A stretch of 64,000 nt of DNA. Origin: Candidatus Iainarchaeum sp. GTDB lineage: Archaea; Iainarchaeota; Iainarchaeia; Iainarchaeales; VGJJ01. The stretch spans positions 32,150-96,149 of the forward strand of contig JAZDJQ010000001.1 of assembly GCA_043803765.1 (NCBI GenBank), in the 5' to 3' direction. The notes beneath the pieces were generated by a model. It was not told the origin of the DNA. It did no database searches and was given only the letters and a program-made list of their open reading frames with translations. The number at the start of each line of letters is the position of its first letter. Positions within the stretch are counted from its first letter, which is position 1. This document shows, piece by piece, positions 62,741-64,000 of this stretch. A program made the translations under genes and the position numbers.

Positions 62741-63421
62741 TCAACCTTGTCGTGTAATCAATCCCGGGTGTAATCCTTCATCAATTCGTGCGAGTTCTGG
62801 CCCGCTGGTTCGTTCTCCTACTATTATTCCATGTTGATTAGCTATAATTGAGTTTGCAATAAAAGGGTCTCCATAATTAGCAGTTGTCGTCATTCCTGCT
62901 GCTCCGAAAATGCTTTCAAGAAACTCCATTTCTTCAGGGGCTGTTTTGGGGTGTGCCAAGAATCCTTTTTCTGTGGCTAGAACGCAGGAACCGGATAATT
63001 CGGTCTGTGCTACTCCTTTTTGGTGTAATGGAATGTTGAAGTATTTCTCGAGCCATTTCATTGTTTCTCTTGGTAGCAATGGACTTACAATTCCTCCTTT
63101 TTTTTGAATGCAAAAGAGGTTTCCTATCGCAGTTACTTCCGGAACCCTTTCTGCTCTAACACCATATTCGTGCAACGTGTCTATTTCATCTTGTGTTGCT
63201 GTGTAGGCGACTGCGAATTTTTTGTGTAATCCTCTTGCTAATACTCCAATGAGGTGGCTTTCGGCTATGGTGCAAGGAATCGCTTCTACACTTAATGTGT
63301 CTTGTATTCGTTTTTGTTCTTTGGAGAGGGTATTTCCTGGTACGAGTGCTATTTCATCCGTTGTTGAACAGAAGATGCCGACGTAGGGGCTTCCGTGCAG
63401 TGCAATGGTCTTGATGGACAT
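62741..63421 (-). CDS. eif6: Translation initiation factor aIF6
   Basis: GSPYVGIF, AIGN, TTANYG, ANQHG..GERTSGPEL. Confidence 0.92.
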   Translation of the reverse strand: MSIKTIALHGSPYVGIFCSTTDEIALVPGNTLSKEQKRIQDTLSVEAIPCTIAESHLIGVLARGLHKKFAVAYTATQDEIDTLHEYGVRAERVPEVTAIGNLFCIQKKGGIVSPLLPRETMKWLEKYFNIPLHQKGVAQTELSGSCVLATEKGFLAHPKTAPEEMEFLESIFGAAGMTTTANYGDPFIANSIIANQHGIIVGERTSGPELARIDEGLHPGLITRQG

Positions 63422-63428
63422 GAGCGGC

Positions 63429-63872
63429 CTACTTTTTTGTTTCATCCTTTTTTTTCTTTTCCTCAACTTTTACATTATCTGTTTTTTCTTTCTTTGGTTT
63501 TTCTTCGTTAGTTTTTTTTTCTTCCGTTTTTTTTGGTACTGCTTTCGTTTCTTTTTTTTCTTCTTTCTTTTTTTCGCTTGCCTTGTTTTTTTCAAAGTTT
63601 TTTAAATCGTTTCCGTTTGGGGTGAAAACCCATAGTTTTTTTTCTTTTTTTCGCAGAACAATAACGAGTTTGTTTGTTTTGGTGTTCATTCCTCTTTTCC
63701 ATATTGTTTCATTCACATCGTGTGATAGCTGAACGTCTTTCAGTTCTGCATGCGAGTGTTTTCGTGCAAACTTTTTTACTGCTTCTATTGTCTTATTCGC
63801 ATATCGTGTGCGTGGAATTCGTACTAAGTTGTTCATTCGTATTAGGTATTCTTTTTCTGCCATGTGCTTCAT
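63429..63872 (-). CDS. rpl31e: 50S ribosomal protein L31e with K/E-rich tail
   Basis: PRTRYANKTI..KKFARKH, DVNETIWKRG. Confidence 0.85.
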   Translation of the reverse strand: MKHMAEKEYLIRMNNLVRIPRTRYANKTIEAVKKFARKHSHAELKDVQLSHDVNETIWKRGMNTKTNKLVIVLRKKEKKLWVFTPNGNDLKNFEKNKASEKKKEEKKETKAVPKKTEEKKTNEEKPKKEKTDNVKVEEKKKKDETKK

Positions 63873-63879
63873 CTCCCAT

Positions 63880-63999
63880 TTAATTCTTCTTTTTGTGCAT
63901 GCGATGCGTATTCGGATTGTTTCTTCCTACGTTTCGTTTTGTTCCGCGTACGCGTTTTGGTACTGCTTTCCTGTTTTTTTTCTTGTACATGCTTCCTAA
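63880..63999 (-). CDS. Probable divergent ribosomal protein L39e (5' partial)
   Basis: Basic open frame ...KKKNRKAVPKRVRGTKRNVGRNNP... at the canonical rpl39e position. Confidence 0.5.
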   Translation of the reverse strand, partial: LGSMYKKKNRKAVPKRVRGTKRNVGRNNPNTHRMHKKKN

Positions 64000-64000
64000 T

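Overview
Archaeal chromosomal DNA, most consistent with a DPANN lineage (Diapherotrites/Iainarchaeota-like is my inference). Informational genes include TFE, aTrm56, RadA, Pus10, RPA, SRP54, FtsY, prefoldin, aIF6 and L31e. There are four tRNAs (iMet, Lys-CTT, Lys-TTT, Phe), a XerA recombinase, a complete sufBDSUCT operon, amino-acid catabolism genes, three toxin-antitoxin modules and a 10-kb cell-surface locus. The main unexplained structures are: (1) a sharp A/C to G/T strand-composition switch at about 4.6-4.95 kb, beside five GTAATTAC palindromes, a winged-helix gene and an xerA / PRC-barrel / Cas2-like cluster (candidate replication origin, or terminus, with no orc1/cdc6 gene in the window); (2) a divergent four-gene locus with a shared Cys-containing pilin-like domain and two paralogous membrane-anchored proteins (candidate novel surface fibre); (3) toxin-antitoxin cassettes stacked behind tRNA-Phe, each closed by a copy of the tRNA 3' end; (4) covarying 50-bp hairpin repeats behind both tRNA-Lys genes. 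All calls come from reading motifs by eye; no searches were run.
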